38,839 bases of DNA from UHGV virus genome UHGV-0037042; one strand, 5' to 3'. Positions 10,513 to 19,260 of this stretch are shown piece after piece. This DNA comes from a virus. The position numbers were made by a program, and so were the translations under genes. Position 1 is the first letter of the stretch; every line of letters begins with the position of its first letter. The notes beneath the pieces were generated by a model. The model saw only the letters and a program-made list of their open reading frames with translations, did no database searches and was not told the DNA's origin.

Positions 10513-11214
10513 TTAGAAGTCTCCGTCTTCGTCTGCTTCTTCGGACTCATTATCGTCGTCTTCGTCCCAGCTTTCTTCGTCGCGTGGTTTGCTCGCTTTG
10601 GCAGAACCAGAGGCAACATAGCCGTTCTCTTCAACTTCGTCAGCCCAATCGTCTTCACCGCCACCAAAGGTAGCCAGTTCGACCAGCATCACGGATTCCA
10701 GTTGCAGCTTAACGCTGGCACCTACAGCAGTGTTCCACTTGTACGGAACCAGAGAGTACTTGACTTTCAGCTTAGAGCCACCACCGATAATCGGAACGTC
10801 TTCCATCTTCTTGCCCTTGGAGTCCACCACTACCAGATTGATGTGTTTGGTCTCTTTGGTCTTCTTGTCTTGGAAAGACGCGTAGCATTTGAACTTAAAG
10901 GTAGTCGTACCGTCACCGTTATCGAAGAACGGCATGTCGCCCTCATACGGTTTCAGCGGTTTCTTACCACGAGCTACGGCTGGTGGGTTGGCCTCATATT
11001 CCTCAACGGCAGCAGCATAAGCCTCTTCGTGACACTTCACGATTTCATCGACCATACGTTGACAACGAGGGTCTTTGTTAGGAATGGTCAGGTCAACTTT
11101 ATAAACACCACGAGGGTTCCCAAAGCCACGCTCTTCGTTGCCGTAGTCCGGCTTGGAGATGTAAGCGTAAGGTTCAGCAGTACCCAGCGCAGAGGTGAAA
11201 ATCTTCTTAGCCAT
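10513..11214 (-). CDS. 2.5: ssDNA-binding protein gp2.5
   Basis: 233 aa with an acidic C-terminal tail ending ...DEDGDF, near-identical to T7 gp2.5. Downstream of φ2.5. Confidence 0.96.
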   Translation of the reverse strand: MAKKIFTSALGTAEPYAYISKPDYGNEERGFGNPRGVYKVDLTIPNKDPRCQRMVDEIVKCHEEAYAAAVEEYEANPPAVARGKKPLKPYEGDMPFFDNGDGTTTFKFKCYASFQDKKTKETKHINLVVVDSKGKKMEDVPIIGGGSKLKVKYSLVPYKWNTAVGASVKLQLESVMLVELATFGGGEDDWADEVEENGYVASGSAKASKPRDEESWDEDDDNESEEADEDGDF

Positions 11215-11259
11215 AATGTTAGTCTCCTTTCGGTTTCATTTAGTTTCTCAAAGGGAGTC

Positions 11260-11280
11260 TTCTCCCAATAGTGAGTCGTA

Positions 11281-11282
<2 letters not shown>
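11260..11282 (-). promoter_or_regulatory. φ2.5 promoter
   Basis: TAATACGACTCACTATTGGGAGA (revcomp). Confidence 0.9.
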
Positions 11283-11582
<300 letters not shown>

Positions 11583-11596
<14 letters not shown>

Positions 11597-11687
11597 ATTC
11601 CACCTCTATGGCCCAATACATTAAGCGAAGTAACGCGCCTGCTCCAGCGAAAATTAACCCTAAGTACAGAACATCGTTAAGAGTCAT
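11583..11687 (-). CDS. 1.8: gp1.8 region, proximal small ORF (34 aa)
   Basis: MTLNDVLYLGLIFAGAGALLRLMYWAIEVEYGKA. Its ATG overlaps the 3' end of gene 1.7, as in T7 1.8. Confidence 0.45.
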
Positions 11688-12216
11688 AGCACTTGTCCTT
11701 ATGTTTCTCATACAGTTCACCATAGAACCCCGCTTTCGCCATATCCTTCTCTAAGTAAGCCAGTTCGGACTTCTTACCAGCACGTAGTCGGTACTTAAGG
11801 ATGTTCCCCAAGCAGTACCCTTTGAACTGCTCACGGGTCATCGAACGGGCAATCACTTCGATAACCTCAATGTCGTCAAACAGCATGTAATGGGACGGCT
11901 TAGTGACACCTTCGATTGCCTCAGCGGAAGGCTGGTCATCTGTAGGAGTTACCTCAAGTTTATTCAGGTGAGGTTTACGCGGGTCCATCGCTCGGATTTC
12001 ACCTAGAGTAATGTGCCCATCGTTTGTCACAGGACACTCACCGCAAGGTACTCCAGCGCAGAACAGTCCGCAACCAGATGTGTCTCCGCTACGACCCTCG
12101 TTATTATCTATCAACTGAATGATGATCTCTTGTTCACGTTCGGTCATATTGTTAGCTCCTTTGTTGCAAGTGTGGGGATAACGGTCGTCTTTCTCTAAGC
12201 AAGCTATGCAACCCAT
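11677..12216 (-). CDS. 1.7: Nucleotide kinase gp1.7
   Basis: 179 aa, syntenic with and similar to T7 gp1.7. Confidence 0.88.
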   Translation of the reverse strand: MGCIACLEKDDRYPHTCNKGANNMTEREQEIIIQLIDNNEGRSGDTSGCGLFCAGVPCGECPVTNDGHITLGEIRAMDPRKPHLNKLEVTPTDDQPSAEAIEGVTKPSHYMLFDDIEVIEVIARSMTREQFKGYCLGNILKYRLRAGKKSELAYLEKDMAKAGFYGELYEKHKDKCYDS

Positions 12217-12476
12217 TAGAACACCTCCTTGATGCGTTTGAGTAACAGACGGACGAACGGGAAGCGGGTCACTGCCACACTAAGAACCGGACGTTTCTTG
12301 TCTATTGCTTTCTCAAAGTCACCACGAGTGATAATGATGTGGACGCTCGGTGCCAAAGGAACTGTGTCACCAATAAGAGGTAGCTTAGCTCGGCGCTCGC
12401 TCGCACATACGATTGAACGGTCAGCACGGCGAACTGAGAAACCCTTAAGGCTTTTGTTGTAATGAAGTCGAAACAT
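12216..12476 (-). CDS. 1.6: gp1.6
   Basis: 86-aa ORF directly downstream of φ1.6. Confidence 0.85.
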   Translation of the reverse strand: MFRLHYNKSLKGFSVRRADRSIVCASERRAKLPLIGDTVPLAPSVHIIITRGDFEKAIDKKRPVLSVAVTRFPFVRLLLKRIKEVF

Positions 12477-12483
12477 ATAGTGT

Positions 12484-12505
12484 CTCCTTTAGTGAGTCGT
12501 ATTAG
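12484..12505 (-). promoter_or_regulatory. φ1.6 promoter
   Basis: TAATACGACTCACTAAAGGAGA (revcomp). Confidence 0.9.
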
Positions 12506-12511
12506 AAGTAT

Positions 12512-12604
12512 TAAGCGTGACCATCTGGCATGTTGTCGTCGTCATTAAAGTGGAGCGCAAGGCATCCAACGATAACAATCAGTAGTGGCATTAAGTACAT
12601 CATT
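12512..12604 (-). CDS. 1.5: gp1.5
   Basis: 30-aa ORF MMYLMPLLIVIVGCLALHFNDDDNMPDGHA between φ1.5 and φ1.6, with an AAGGAGG RBS. Read by hand. Confidence 0.6.
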
Positions 12605-12610
12605 GTGTAC

Positions 12611-12633
12611 CTCCTTTAGTGAGTCGTATTAAC
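12611..12633 (-). promoter_or_regulatory. φ1.5 promoter
   Basis: TTAATACGACTCACTAAAGGAGG (revcomp). Confidence 0.9.
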
Positions 12634-12784
12634 AGTTGACGAAGCACCACACGCAAGCACAGGCTGCCGCTAGGCAACAAGCACCGACTACTATGAGTGC
12701 TACTTGAGGATATACCGCTAGAAGATATGCAAACGTCAGGATAGCTGCCCAAGCCGCAAGGAATTTACCAACCTTCTTAAACAT
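12629..12784 (-). CDS. 1.4: gp1.4 small membrane protein
   Basis: 51 aa from MFKKVGKFLAAWAAILTFAYLL..., with a TAAGGAGA RBS and ATG 12784, downstream of terminator TE. Confidence 0.75.
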   Translation of the reverse strand: MFKKVGKFLAAWAAILTFAYLLAVYPQVALIVVGACCLAAACACVWCFVNC

Positions 12785-12796
12785 ATAGTGTCTCCT

Positions 12797-12830
12797 TATA
12801 AACGCAGAAAGGCCCACCCGAAGGTGAGCC
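12797..12830 (-). terminator. Early host-RNAP terminator TE
   Basis: GGCUCACC-UUCG-GGUGGGCC hairpin followed by UUUCUGCGUUUAU, lying between ligase and 1.4 at the same position as T7 TE. Confidence 0.85.
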
Positions 12831-12837
12831 AATGTGA

Positions 12838-13860
12838 TTACATTTTCTCTTGAGGGTTGTCCTCGGTGCCACGGAACATTACGAACGATGGGTGACGCAG
12901 AGAGCCGTCAGGAGTTTCCTCCATGTAGCTAATCTGACAAGCGTGTCCGTTGTAGAAGTCACGGCCTTCAATGTTTACGGTATTGGTGAACTCATCCATT
13001 AAGGCGCGAGAGATGTTTGTGGCGTTAACTACACGACCACTCTCAAGAAGCACCTCAAAGCCAATCACTTTGCCATCATTAGCCAGACCTTCGGTCCCCC
13101 ATACCAGACCTTGAATGATACCATCAGCCTCATTCTCTGGCTTCATTTTCCACCAGCCGGACTTCTTGCCTCGCTTGTAGATGCTCATCGGGTCTTTCAC
13201 AATAAGACCCTCGTTGCCTTCCGCGCGCTTCTTCTCATACAGTTGCTGTAGTTCCACCATGTCGTAGACCTCGTAAGATTCAGCCGCTTGCCATTCTATT
13301 TCAGGGAAGTATTCCTGTAGCAGAGGCAGCATATTCTTAACGTGTTCCTGCATGAGTAACGTCATGATGTCACAGTCTTCTCCAGACTCTACGATGTGTA
13401 GCGGCAGTACAGCATACAGTTTGACGTGAAGGTGTCCAGTGTGCAGCTTAAAGGGAACTTTATCTTTCTTACGGACTGGTTCAACGAATAACTCTTCGTG
13501 GAACTCTTGGTTCTTAGTGTCAGTCCATTTGGTACGCAGTATGCCGGACCCTGTGTTAAAGTCTACGCCCTTGACCATAAGTTCGCCATCCAGCATAAAG
13601 CCATCTTTGTAGAAGCATCTGTCGTCATTCAGCAGGCGCTGCCAGCGAACATCGAAACCGTTTAAGTGCTCCAGTGCTGGAATCGTTTTAGATACACGAG
13701 AGAGCCAGCAACCGTTAGCGGTATTGTCTACGCAGATGTTACCACGGACACCATCATATTTAACGTCAGCGATAAGATACCCAGCGTTGTCAAGAGCTTT
13801 CTTAATGGAAGACTCTACGAAAGACACAGCTTTGAATGGGTTAGTCTTAATGTTCATCAT
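12838..13860 (-). CDS. 1.3: ATP-dependent DNA ligase gp1.3
   Basis: 340 aa with the KYDGVRG adenylation motif (active-site Lys). T7 ligase-like. Confidence 0.96.
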   Translation of the reverse strand: MMNIKTNPFKAVSFVESSIKKALDNAGYLIADVKYDGVRGNICVDNTANGCWLSRVSKTIPALEHLNGFDVRWQRLLNDDRCFYKDGFMLDGELMVKGVDFNTGSGILRTKWTDTKNQEFHEELFVEPVRKKDKVPFKLHTGHLHVKLYAVLPLHIVESGEDCDIMTLLMQEHVKNMLPLLQEYFPEIEWQAAESYEVYDMVELQQLYEKKRAEGNEGLIVKDPMSIYKRGKKSGWWKMKPENEADGIIQGLVWGTEGLANDGKVIGFEVLLESGRVVNATNISRALMDEFTNTVNIEGRDFYNGHACQISYMEETPDGSLRHPSFVMFRGTEDNPQEKM

Positions 13861-13884
13861 AATGTTTATCTCCTGTTGAGGTTA

Positions 13885-13924
13885 AATGACTAAGGCCACT
13901 CGGTTAGAGCGACCTTAAGCATTG
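13885..13924 (-). promoter_or_regulatory. RNase III site R1.3
   Basis: CTAAGGCCACTCGGTTAGAGCGACCTTAAGCATTG between φ1.3 and the ligase. Confidence 0.7.
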
Positions 13925-13945
13925 TCCCTATACTGAGTCGTATTA
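13923..13945 (-). promoter_or_regulatory. φ1.3 promoter
   Basis: TAATACGACTCAGTATAGGGACA (revcomp). Confidence 0.9.
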
Positions 13946-14215
13946 CTTCCAGTGCTTCAAGTCTGCGTGTATCTTGCGGAGCCACTCAGTCTGGGCGTTG
14001 CATCGGACATCTTCGTCTGACTGTTCGAAACACTTGGATGTCAGCACGAGGCCATTGCGTAGGACAATACGGAGAGTCTCACCGGATACCCATCGGCGCT
14101 GTGCGTAGTTCTCATAGCGATAAGTCTCAGTGACCACACTAACATCGTGGTCTTCTTTAAGCCTCTCTATGGCATCCTTGAACGCCACTAAGCTGCCACT
14201 GTATAAGCGACCCAT
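13943..14215 (-). CDS. 1.2: dGTPase inhibitor gp1.2
   Basis: 90 aa from MGRLYSGSLVAFKDA... The ATG lies immediately after the 1.1-frame stop (CAATAATATGGG). Confidence 0.88.
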   Translation of the reverse strand: MGRLYSGSLVAFKDAIERLKEDHDVSVVTETYRYENYAQRRWVSGETLRIVLRNGLVLTSKCFEQSDEDVRCNAQTEWLRKIHADLKHWK

Positions 14216-14216
14216 A

Positions 14217-14346
14217 TTATTGACCCTCCCAGCTACGCTTGTGAGAGAGGTCACACTTAGTCTTATTCATCTTGCGACCTTTGGTTGCCTCGAAGTCATG
14301 AGCGTTACGGTTAGAACGTTTGGTCATCTTTTCGAAGTTACGCATA
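14217..14346 (-). pseudogene. 1.1: gene 1.1, apparently frameshifted
   Basis: The T7 gp1.1-like sequence (MR.FEKMTKRSNRNA.DFEATKG..NKTKCDLSHKRSWEGQ) is spread over three reading frames. ATGCGTGTAACTTCG has an extra GT relative to T7 as remembered, and CCAAGG lacks one A. The frame from ATG 14346 terminates after 7 codons. Confidence 0.5.
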
Positions 14347-14448
14347 CTTAAAGTCCTCTCTTAGTAATCTTTAATTTATTATCTCTAATTAACACTTAAA
14401 GGTCTTAAAGTTAAACCTTAAGGTGTCTACTTTAGTGAGTCGTATTAA
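14347..14448 (-). promoter_or_regulatory. Primary replication origin region (φ1.1A promoter at 14425..14448 plus an AT-rich stretch)
   Basis: TTAATACGACTCACTAAAGTAGAC promoter directly after gene 1, followed by an ~80-nt AT-rich segment. Corresponds to the T7 primary ori. A second, φ1.1B-like, promoter was not recognisable. Confidence 0.6.
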
Positions 14449-17100
14449 TTAGGCGAACGCAAAGTCTGACTTAAGGATGTCTTGGAGGTTCAAGTTACCC
14501 TTAGCCGGAAGTGCTGGCATCTTATCCAATTGAGACTCATGAAGTTGGTCTGCGAACTGCCCGTAGAAGTCAGCCAGTACATCGCAAGACTCATAAGTGT
14601 CAACCATAGTTTCGCGCACAGCTTTGAACAGGTTGGCAGCGTCTGCCGGAATGGTCCCGAAGGAGTCGTGAATCAACGCAAAGGATTCGATTCCGTACTT
14701 CTCGTGTGCCCACACTACGGTCTTGCGCAGGTGGCTACCATCTTGGCTGTGTACAAAGTTAGGAGCGATGCCGGACTCCTGTTTGTGTGCATAAATCTCG
14801 CTATCCTTGTTGGTGTTAATGGTTGGCTGTAAGCGGAACTGACCGAGGAACATCAGGTTTAAGCGGGTCTGGATAGGCTTCTTGTATTCCTGCCACACAG
14901 GGAAACCATCAGGAGTGACCCAATGTACCGCGCAACGCTTACGAAGAATCTCTCCAGTCTTCTTATCTTTGACCTCAGCAGCCAGCAGCTTAGCGGCAGA
15001 CTTGAGCCAGTTCATAGCTTCAACCGCAGCGACCACCGTAACGCTCACAGATTCCCAAATCAGTTTCGCCATGTACCCAGCGGCCTGATTAGGTTGAGTG
15101 AACATCAGACCCTTGCCGGAATCAATAGCTGGCTGAATGGTATCCTCAAGTACTTGCTGGCGGAAGCCGAACTCTTTGGACCCGTAGGCCAGCGTCATGA
15201 CTGAACGTTTAGTCACACTACGCGTTACACCGTAAGCCAGCCACTGACCAGCAAGAGCCTTAGTACCCAGCTTGATTTTCTCAGAGATTTCGCCAGTGTT
15301 CTCATCGGTCACGGTAATTACTTCGTTGTCGGTCCCGTTGATTACGTCAGCTTGCAGAATCTCGTTAACTTTCTTAGCAACAATCCCGTAGATGTCCTGA
15401 ACGGTTTCACTAGGAAGGAGGTTAACAGCGCGACCACCTACCTCATCGCGGAGCATTGCGGAGAAGTGCTGGATACCTGAGCAAGACCCATCAAACGCCA
15501 GTGGCAGCGAGCAGTTATAGCTTAAGCCGTGGTGCTGTACCCCAGCGTACTCAAAGCAGAACGCGAGGAAGCAGAACGGAGAATCTTGCTCAGCCCACCA
15601 AGTGTTCTCCAGCGGAGACTTAGCGCAAGCCATGATGTTCTCGTGGTTGTCCTCAATGAACTTGATGCGCTCAGGGAATGGCACCTTATCAACTCCAGCG
15701 CAGTTTGCACCGTGAATCTTCAACCAGTAGAAACCGTCCTTACCGATTGGCTTACCTTTAGCCAGCGTCAGCAGCCCTTTGGTCATGTCGTTACCTTGCG
15801 GGTTGAACATTGACACAGCGTAAACACGACCACGCCAGTCCATATTGTAAGGGAACCAGATAGCTTTGTGGTTAGCGAACTTGTTGGCTTGCTCAAGCAT
15901 GAACTCAAGGCTGATACGGCGTGACTTGCGAGCCTTGTCCTTACGGTACACAGCGGCAGCAGCACGTTTCCAAGCGGTGAGAGCCTCAGGATTCGTGTCG
16001 ATGTCTTCCGGTTTCATCGGGAGTTCTTCACGTTCAATCGCTGGGATGTCTTCGACCGGACAATGCTTCCACTTAGTGATTACGTTGGCGACCGCTAGGA
16101 CTTTCTTGTTGATTTTCCATGCGGTGTTCTGTGCAATGTTAATCGCCTTGTATACCTCAGGCATGTACACATCTTCGTAGCGCATCAGTGCTTTCTTGCT
16201 GTGAGTACGCACCAGAGCCAGAGGACGGCGACCGTTGGCCCAATAGCCACCTCCAGTAATACCAGTCCAAGGCTTAGGAGGAACTACACAAGGTTGGAAC
16301 ATTGGGGAAATACCAGCCAGTGCACCCGCACGAGTGGCGATAGCCTCAGCGTATTCCGGTGCGAGTTCGATAGTCTCTGAGTCTTGGCCCACAACGCCAG
16401 CGTTCTGACGATGTAAGTTAACCATTCCGGTTGACTCAATGAGCATCTCAATGCAGCGCACACCTACGTGAATTGAGTCCTCCTTGTGCCACGAAGACCA
16501 CGCCTCGCCACCCAGTAGACCTTTGGAGAGCATGTCAGCCTCGACAACTTGCATAAATGCTTTCTTGTAGACGTGACCTACGCGCTTGTTAAGCTGTTCC
16601 TCAACGCGTTTCTTGAAGTGCTTAGCTTCAAGGTCACGGATGCGACCAAAGCGAGCCTCATCCTCAATAGCTCGACCGATTGCACTGGCTACAGCCTGAA
16701 CGGTTGTATTGTCTACGCTCGTGAGGCAAGCCAGAGTGGTCTTAATGGTGATGTACGCTACGGCTTCCGGCTTGATTTCTTGCAGGAATTGGAAAGCTGT
16801 TGGACGCTTGCCGCGCTTAGCTTTTACCTCTTCAAACCAATCGTTGATGCGTGCAATCATCTTAGGGAGCAGGGTAGTAATCAGAGGCTTTGCAGCAGCA
16901 TTATCAGCAACTTCACCTGCCTTAAGTTGACGCTCAAACATCTTGCGGAAGCGTGCTTCACCCATCTCGTAAGACTCATGCTCAAGGGCCAACTGTTCGC
17001 GAGCCAAACGCTCACCGTAATGGTCAGCCAGAGTATTGAACGGGATAGCAGCAAGTTCGATGTCAGAGAAGTCGTTCTTAGCGATGTTAATCGTGTTCAT
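14449..17100 (-). CDS. 1: DNA-directed RNA polymerase (single-subunit) gp1
   Basis: 883 aa, same length as T7 RNAP and near-identical sequence, ending ...SDFAFA. Confidence 0.99.
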   Translation of the reverse strand: MNTINIAKNDFSDIELAAIPFNTLADHYGERLAREQLALEHESYEMGEARFRKMFERQLKAGEVADNAAAKPLITTLLPKMIARINDWFEEVKAKRGKRPTAFQFLQEIKPEAVAYITIKTTLACLTSVDNTTVQAVASAIGRAIEDEARFGRIRDLEAKHFKKRVEEQLNKRVGHVYKKAFMQVVEADMLSKGLLGGEAWSSWHKEDSIHVGVRCIEMLIESTGMVNLHRQNAGVVGQDSETIELAPEYAEAIATRAGALAGISPMFQPCVVPPKPWTGITGGGYWANGRRPLALVRTHSKKALMRYEDVYMPEVYKAINIAQNTAWKINKKVLAVANVITKWKHCPVEDIPAIEREELPMKPEDIDTNPEALTAWKRAAAAVYRKDKARKSRRISLEFMLEQANKFANHKAIWFPYNMDWRGRVYAVSMFNPQGNDMTKGLLTLAKGKPIGKDGFYWLKIHGANCAGVDKVPFPERIKFIEDNHENIMACAKSPLENTWWAEQDSPFCFLAFCFEYAGVQHHGLSYNCSLPLAFDGSCSGIQHFSAMLRDEVGGRAVNLLPSETVQDIYGIVAKKVNEILQADVINGTDNEVITVTDENTGEISEKIKLGTKALAGQWLAYGVTRSVTKRSVMTLAYGSKEFGFRQQVLEDTIQPAIDSGKGLMFTQPNQAAGYMAKLIWESVSVTVVAAVEAMNWLKSAAKLLAAEVKDKKTGEILRKRCAVHWVTPDGFPVWQEYKKPIQTRLNLMFLGQFRLQPTINTNKDSEIYAHKQESGIAPNFVHSQDGSHLRKTVVWAHEKYGIESFALIHDSFGTIPADAANLFKAVRETMVDTYESCDVLADFYGQFADQLHESQLDKMPALPAKGNLNLQDILKSDFAFA

Positions 17101-17170
17101 TTAATGCCTCTTCCAGTTAGTAAATCGTATCTATTCAGGCCACCCGTAGACGACCTGTAAGATAAGACTA
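17101..17170 (-). promoter_or_regulatory. 0.7–1 intergenic region (R1 RNase III site position)
   Basis: 70-nt non-coding gap at the position of T7 R1. The motif is less obvious than at the other sites. Confidence 0.4.
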
Positions 17171-18250
17171 TCAACCCATAAACATTGCGTCAAGTTTCTT
17201 ATCGATGTTCAGCGGTAGACCGTTAGCTATAGCCATTCTGTCAGCGTTGAACCAATGGGCTGCTATGCGTTCTTCAAGCGCCTTAAAGTCGGCAAGCTGC
17301 ATTTGTACCCATGCGTTTACGTGTCTGACCGTACCAATGGCATCCCTTGCTCTGACGTGATTGCGCCAGTCCTGGCCTCTTGCTATGTTCATCAGTGCAA
17401 CTTTTCGTTGGCATTTTTCGCGGTGTGCTTTGCGTACCTTACGGTTGCGACGTTTCATTCTACGCTTCTCTAAGCGCCCCTCGTGGCGTACCTTTCGTTC
17501 TTTAGCGCGGTCGATTGCCCTCTGTAGTGCTACTTCCTCTACTTCCTTAATGAGTTCCTCAGGGTCAATACTGAAAGCGCCACCGTCTTTCTTGTGCGAG
17601 AATGACACAGGGTCAGTAATGTACGGTACATCGTTATCGTCGAACATGATGTTACCGCTATGCATATCGAACGAGGCGATGCCCTCAAAGAACTTGCGGA
17701 TTAGCTTGCAAGTCTCGACGAACTCCCCATCCCATCCGGTACGCTTATCATATGCAGCCGATTTGCAATCAATAATATCACTTGCAATCCCAGCATATTT
17801 ATCGTGCACCTCGTTATCATACGATTCACAGTCGTTGAGTACATCAAGAACCACCGTATAGCACCCCGCATGACGCTGTACATCGTAGATGTTAGGAATA
17901 CCAGCGCGACCCTGATACATGCGGCAGAACGCGGTATACGCAGCGCCTGAGTCTTCTTTCTTAAAGCCCACCTTAATCACTCGTTTGGGTAGCAGAGGGT
18001 GACTATAGGCAGCCGAGAAGTGACCATTACCGAGCATCTTGAACCCAGCGTCAGCCGTGAGACACTTCAAGGTAGTCCACCAATCTTGATATTCAAGTGC
18101 CTGATTCAGTTCGGTTATCTCGCCATCGCATGTCTCGCTATTGACCATCTCAACCAGTAAGTCGATGAGCATACCTTGTCGCTTGTCAAGTTCACAGATT
18201 GGCAGTGCTTTGATTGCGTCGATAGCGTTCATGATGTCGGTAATGTTCAT
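17171..18250 (-). CDS. 0.7: Ser/Thr protein kinase / host shut-off gp0.7
   Basis: 359 aa, same length as T7 gp0.7 with conserved sequence. Confidence 0.95.
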   Translation of the reverse strand: MNITDIMNAIDAIKALPICELDKRQGMLIDLLVEMVNSETCDGEITELNQALEYQDWWTTLKCLTADAGFKMLGNGHFSAAYSHPLLPKRVIKVGFKKEDSGAAYTAFCRMYQGRAGIPNIYDVQRHAGCYTVVLDVLNDCESYDNEVHDKYAGIASDIIDCKSAAYDKRTGWDGEFVETCKLIRKFFEGIASFDMHSGNIMFDDNDVPYITDPVSFSHKKDGGAFSIDPEELIKEVEEVALQRAIDRAKERKVRHEGRLEKRRMKRRNRKVRKAHREKCQRKVALMNIARGQDWRNHVRARDAIGTVRHVNAWVQMQLADFKALEERIAAHWFNADRMAIANGLPLNIDKKLDAMFMG

Positions 18251-18272
18251 TGTATTGTGTCCTGTATGTTCG

Positions 18273-18488
18273 TTATGAGATAGCGTTCAGTGTGTTAATG
18301 ACTGCCTGTTCAAGTGCTGCCAGTTTCTTGGCTTTAACCTTTTCCTTTCGCCGATGCCATGCAGCGCGCTCCTGTTCCCTACGGCGTTCGAGGTTATTTG
18401 CTCGCCACTCTCTCACAATCCGTCTATTTGCTGCATAAAGTGTCCCGTTAGGTATGTAGCCGCGCTTTAAACCTTCGGTGTTTTCCAT
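18273..18488 (-). CDS. Basic 71-aa ORF at the gp0.6B C-terminal-part position
   Basis: RBS GAGG. It is in the same frame as the 0.6A ORF, separated only by TGA plus 4 codons. Confidence 0.5.
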   Translation of the reverse strand: MENTEGLKRGYIPNGTLYAANRRIVREWRANNLERRREQERAAWHRRKEKVKAKKLAALEQAVINTLNAIS

Positions 18489-18500
18489 AGTGTTATTGCC

Positions 18501-18638
18501 TCAGATGTTATTCAGCTTACGGTTGGTGCGGAGTTCACGCTTAAGGCGTTCGATTCGTTGTTTCATTGCGAACCCATCAGGTGTGCATACAGTAGACCCA
18601 TTGCGTGTATGGATGGGCATGACGTAGTATTTCAGCAT
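18501..18638 (-). CDS. 0.6: gp0.6A-like
   Basis: 45 aa MLKYYVMPIHTRNGSTVCTPDGFAMKQRIERLKRELRTNRKLNNI. Its start overlaps the stop of the preceding 42-aa ORF (AAATGCTGA). Confidence 0.6.
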   Translation of the reverse strand: MLKYYVMPIHTRNGSTVCTPDGFAMKQRIERLKRELRTNRKLNNI

Positions 18639-18760
18639 TTGCGTAGTTCTCCTGCGATGATGCAAGATACCAAGTAAGCACCCACGGCTACACATACAGA
18701 CTTCCCTAAGGGTGCACCTACAACCAGACCTAGCGCGGTGAGTATACCGATAGTAATCAT
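18632..18760 (-). CDS. 0.5: gp0.5-position small hydrophobic protein (42 aa)
   Basis: MITIGILTALGLVVGAPLGKSVCVAVGAYLVSCIIAGELRKC, with a GAAGGA RBS. Read by hand. Confidence 0.5.
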   Translation of the reverse strand: MITIGILTALGLVVGAPLGKSVCVAVGAYLVSCIIAGELRKC

Positions 18761-18781
18761 GTGCGTTGATTCCTTCAAGTT

Positions 18782-18831
18782 AAGTGATAATCATAAAGGC
18801 CACTCATTAGGAGCGACCTTGAGTTTATCAC
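18782..18831 (-). promoter_or_regulatory. RNase III-type hairpin, copy b (downstream of the 66-aa ORF)
   Basis: AAGTGATAATCATAAAGGCCACTCATTAGGAGCGACCTTGAGTTTATCAC, ~96% identical to copy a. Confidence 0.7.
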
Positions 18832-18835
18832 GTTG

Positions 18836-19036
18836 TCAATCATTCCATCCTGCACACGTTGCTTGGTGTATCACACAGGCTTGATATTCCTCTTGCGCTA
18901 AAATCGGGTTTACCCAATGCGTGACTTGTTTACCGTACCGCACAACGTAGGTGCTTCCCATTGACCCGTGGTAGTACTCACGCAGCGTTACAGTGCATTG
19001 ACCTTTGATTTTAGATGTCGCCAGAAGTTTACTCAT
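18836..19036 (-). CDS. Hypothetical 66-aa early protein (Cys/His-containing), not assignable to a T7 gene
   Basis: ORF MSKLLATSKIKGQCTVTLREYYHGSMGSTYVVRYGKQVTHWVNPILAQEEYQACVIHQATCAGWND, bracketed by two RNase III-type hairpins. It corresponds to ~256 nt of extra sequence relative to T7 in this interval. Confidence 0.55.
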   Translation of the reverse strand: MSKLLATSKIKGQCTVTLREYYHGSMGSTYVVRYGKQVTHWVNPILAQEEYQACVIHQATCAGWND

Positions 19037-19057
19037 GGTGTTAGTCCTATTGCAAGT

Positions 19058-19108
19058 AAAGTGATAATCATAAAGGCCACTCGCTAGGAGCGACCTTGAG
19101 TTTATCAC
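19058..19108 (-). promoter_or_regulatory. RNase III site R0.5, copy a (after gene 0.4)
   Basis: AAGTGATAATCATAAAGGCCACTCGCTAGGAGCGACCTTGAGTTTATCAC. Confidence 0.75.
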
Positions 19109-19260
19109 TCAGTAGACTCCAAGGCTATTGCCTTGTTGTTTTCGTACAGTTCCTTAAGGTGTTCCATTGCGAGCGACCAGTTGAAGCCGCAGCGCACCAT
19201 GTCGCTATAAAACAGTACAGTTTGAGCGGTCAGACCGTATTGCACGTTGTCAGTAGCCAT
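19105..19260 (-). CDS. 0.4: gp0.4 (FtsZ inhibitor family)
   Basis: 51 aa [51 protein letters not shown], read by hand. The TAATG overlap with the 0.3 stop is the same as in T7. Confidence 0.85.
   Translation of the reverse strand: MATDNVQYGLTAQTVLFYSDMVRCGFNWSLAMEHLKELYENNKAIALESTE

Noticed and set aside
10452-10667. 71-aa ORF overlapping the 2.5/3 junction
   Set aside because: Out-of-frame overlap of the highly expressed gp2.5 C-terminus, with no RBS. The GTG start of gene 3 explains this region better.
12838-13860. Apparent ~19-aa internal deletion in DNA ligase near ...EFTNTVNIEGRDFYNGHACQISYMEE relative to T7
   Set aside because: My recollection of the T7 ligase sequence in that segment is not reliable enough to assert an indel. 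The protein keeps the KYDGVRG adenylation motif and the conserved C-terminus, so it is simply called ligase.
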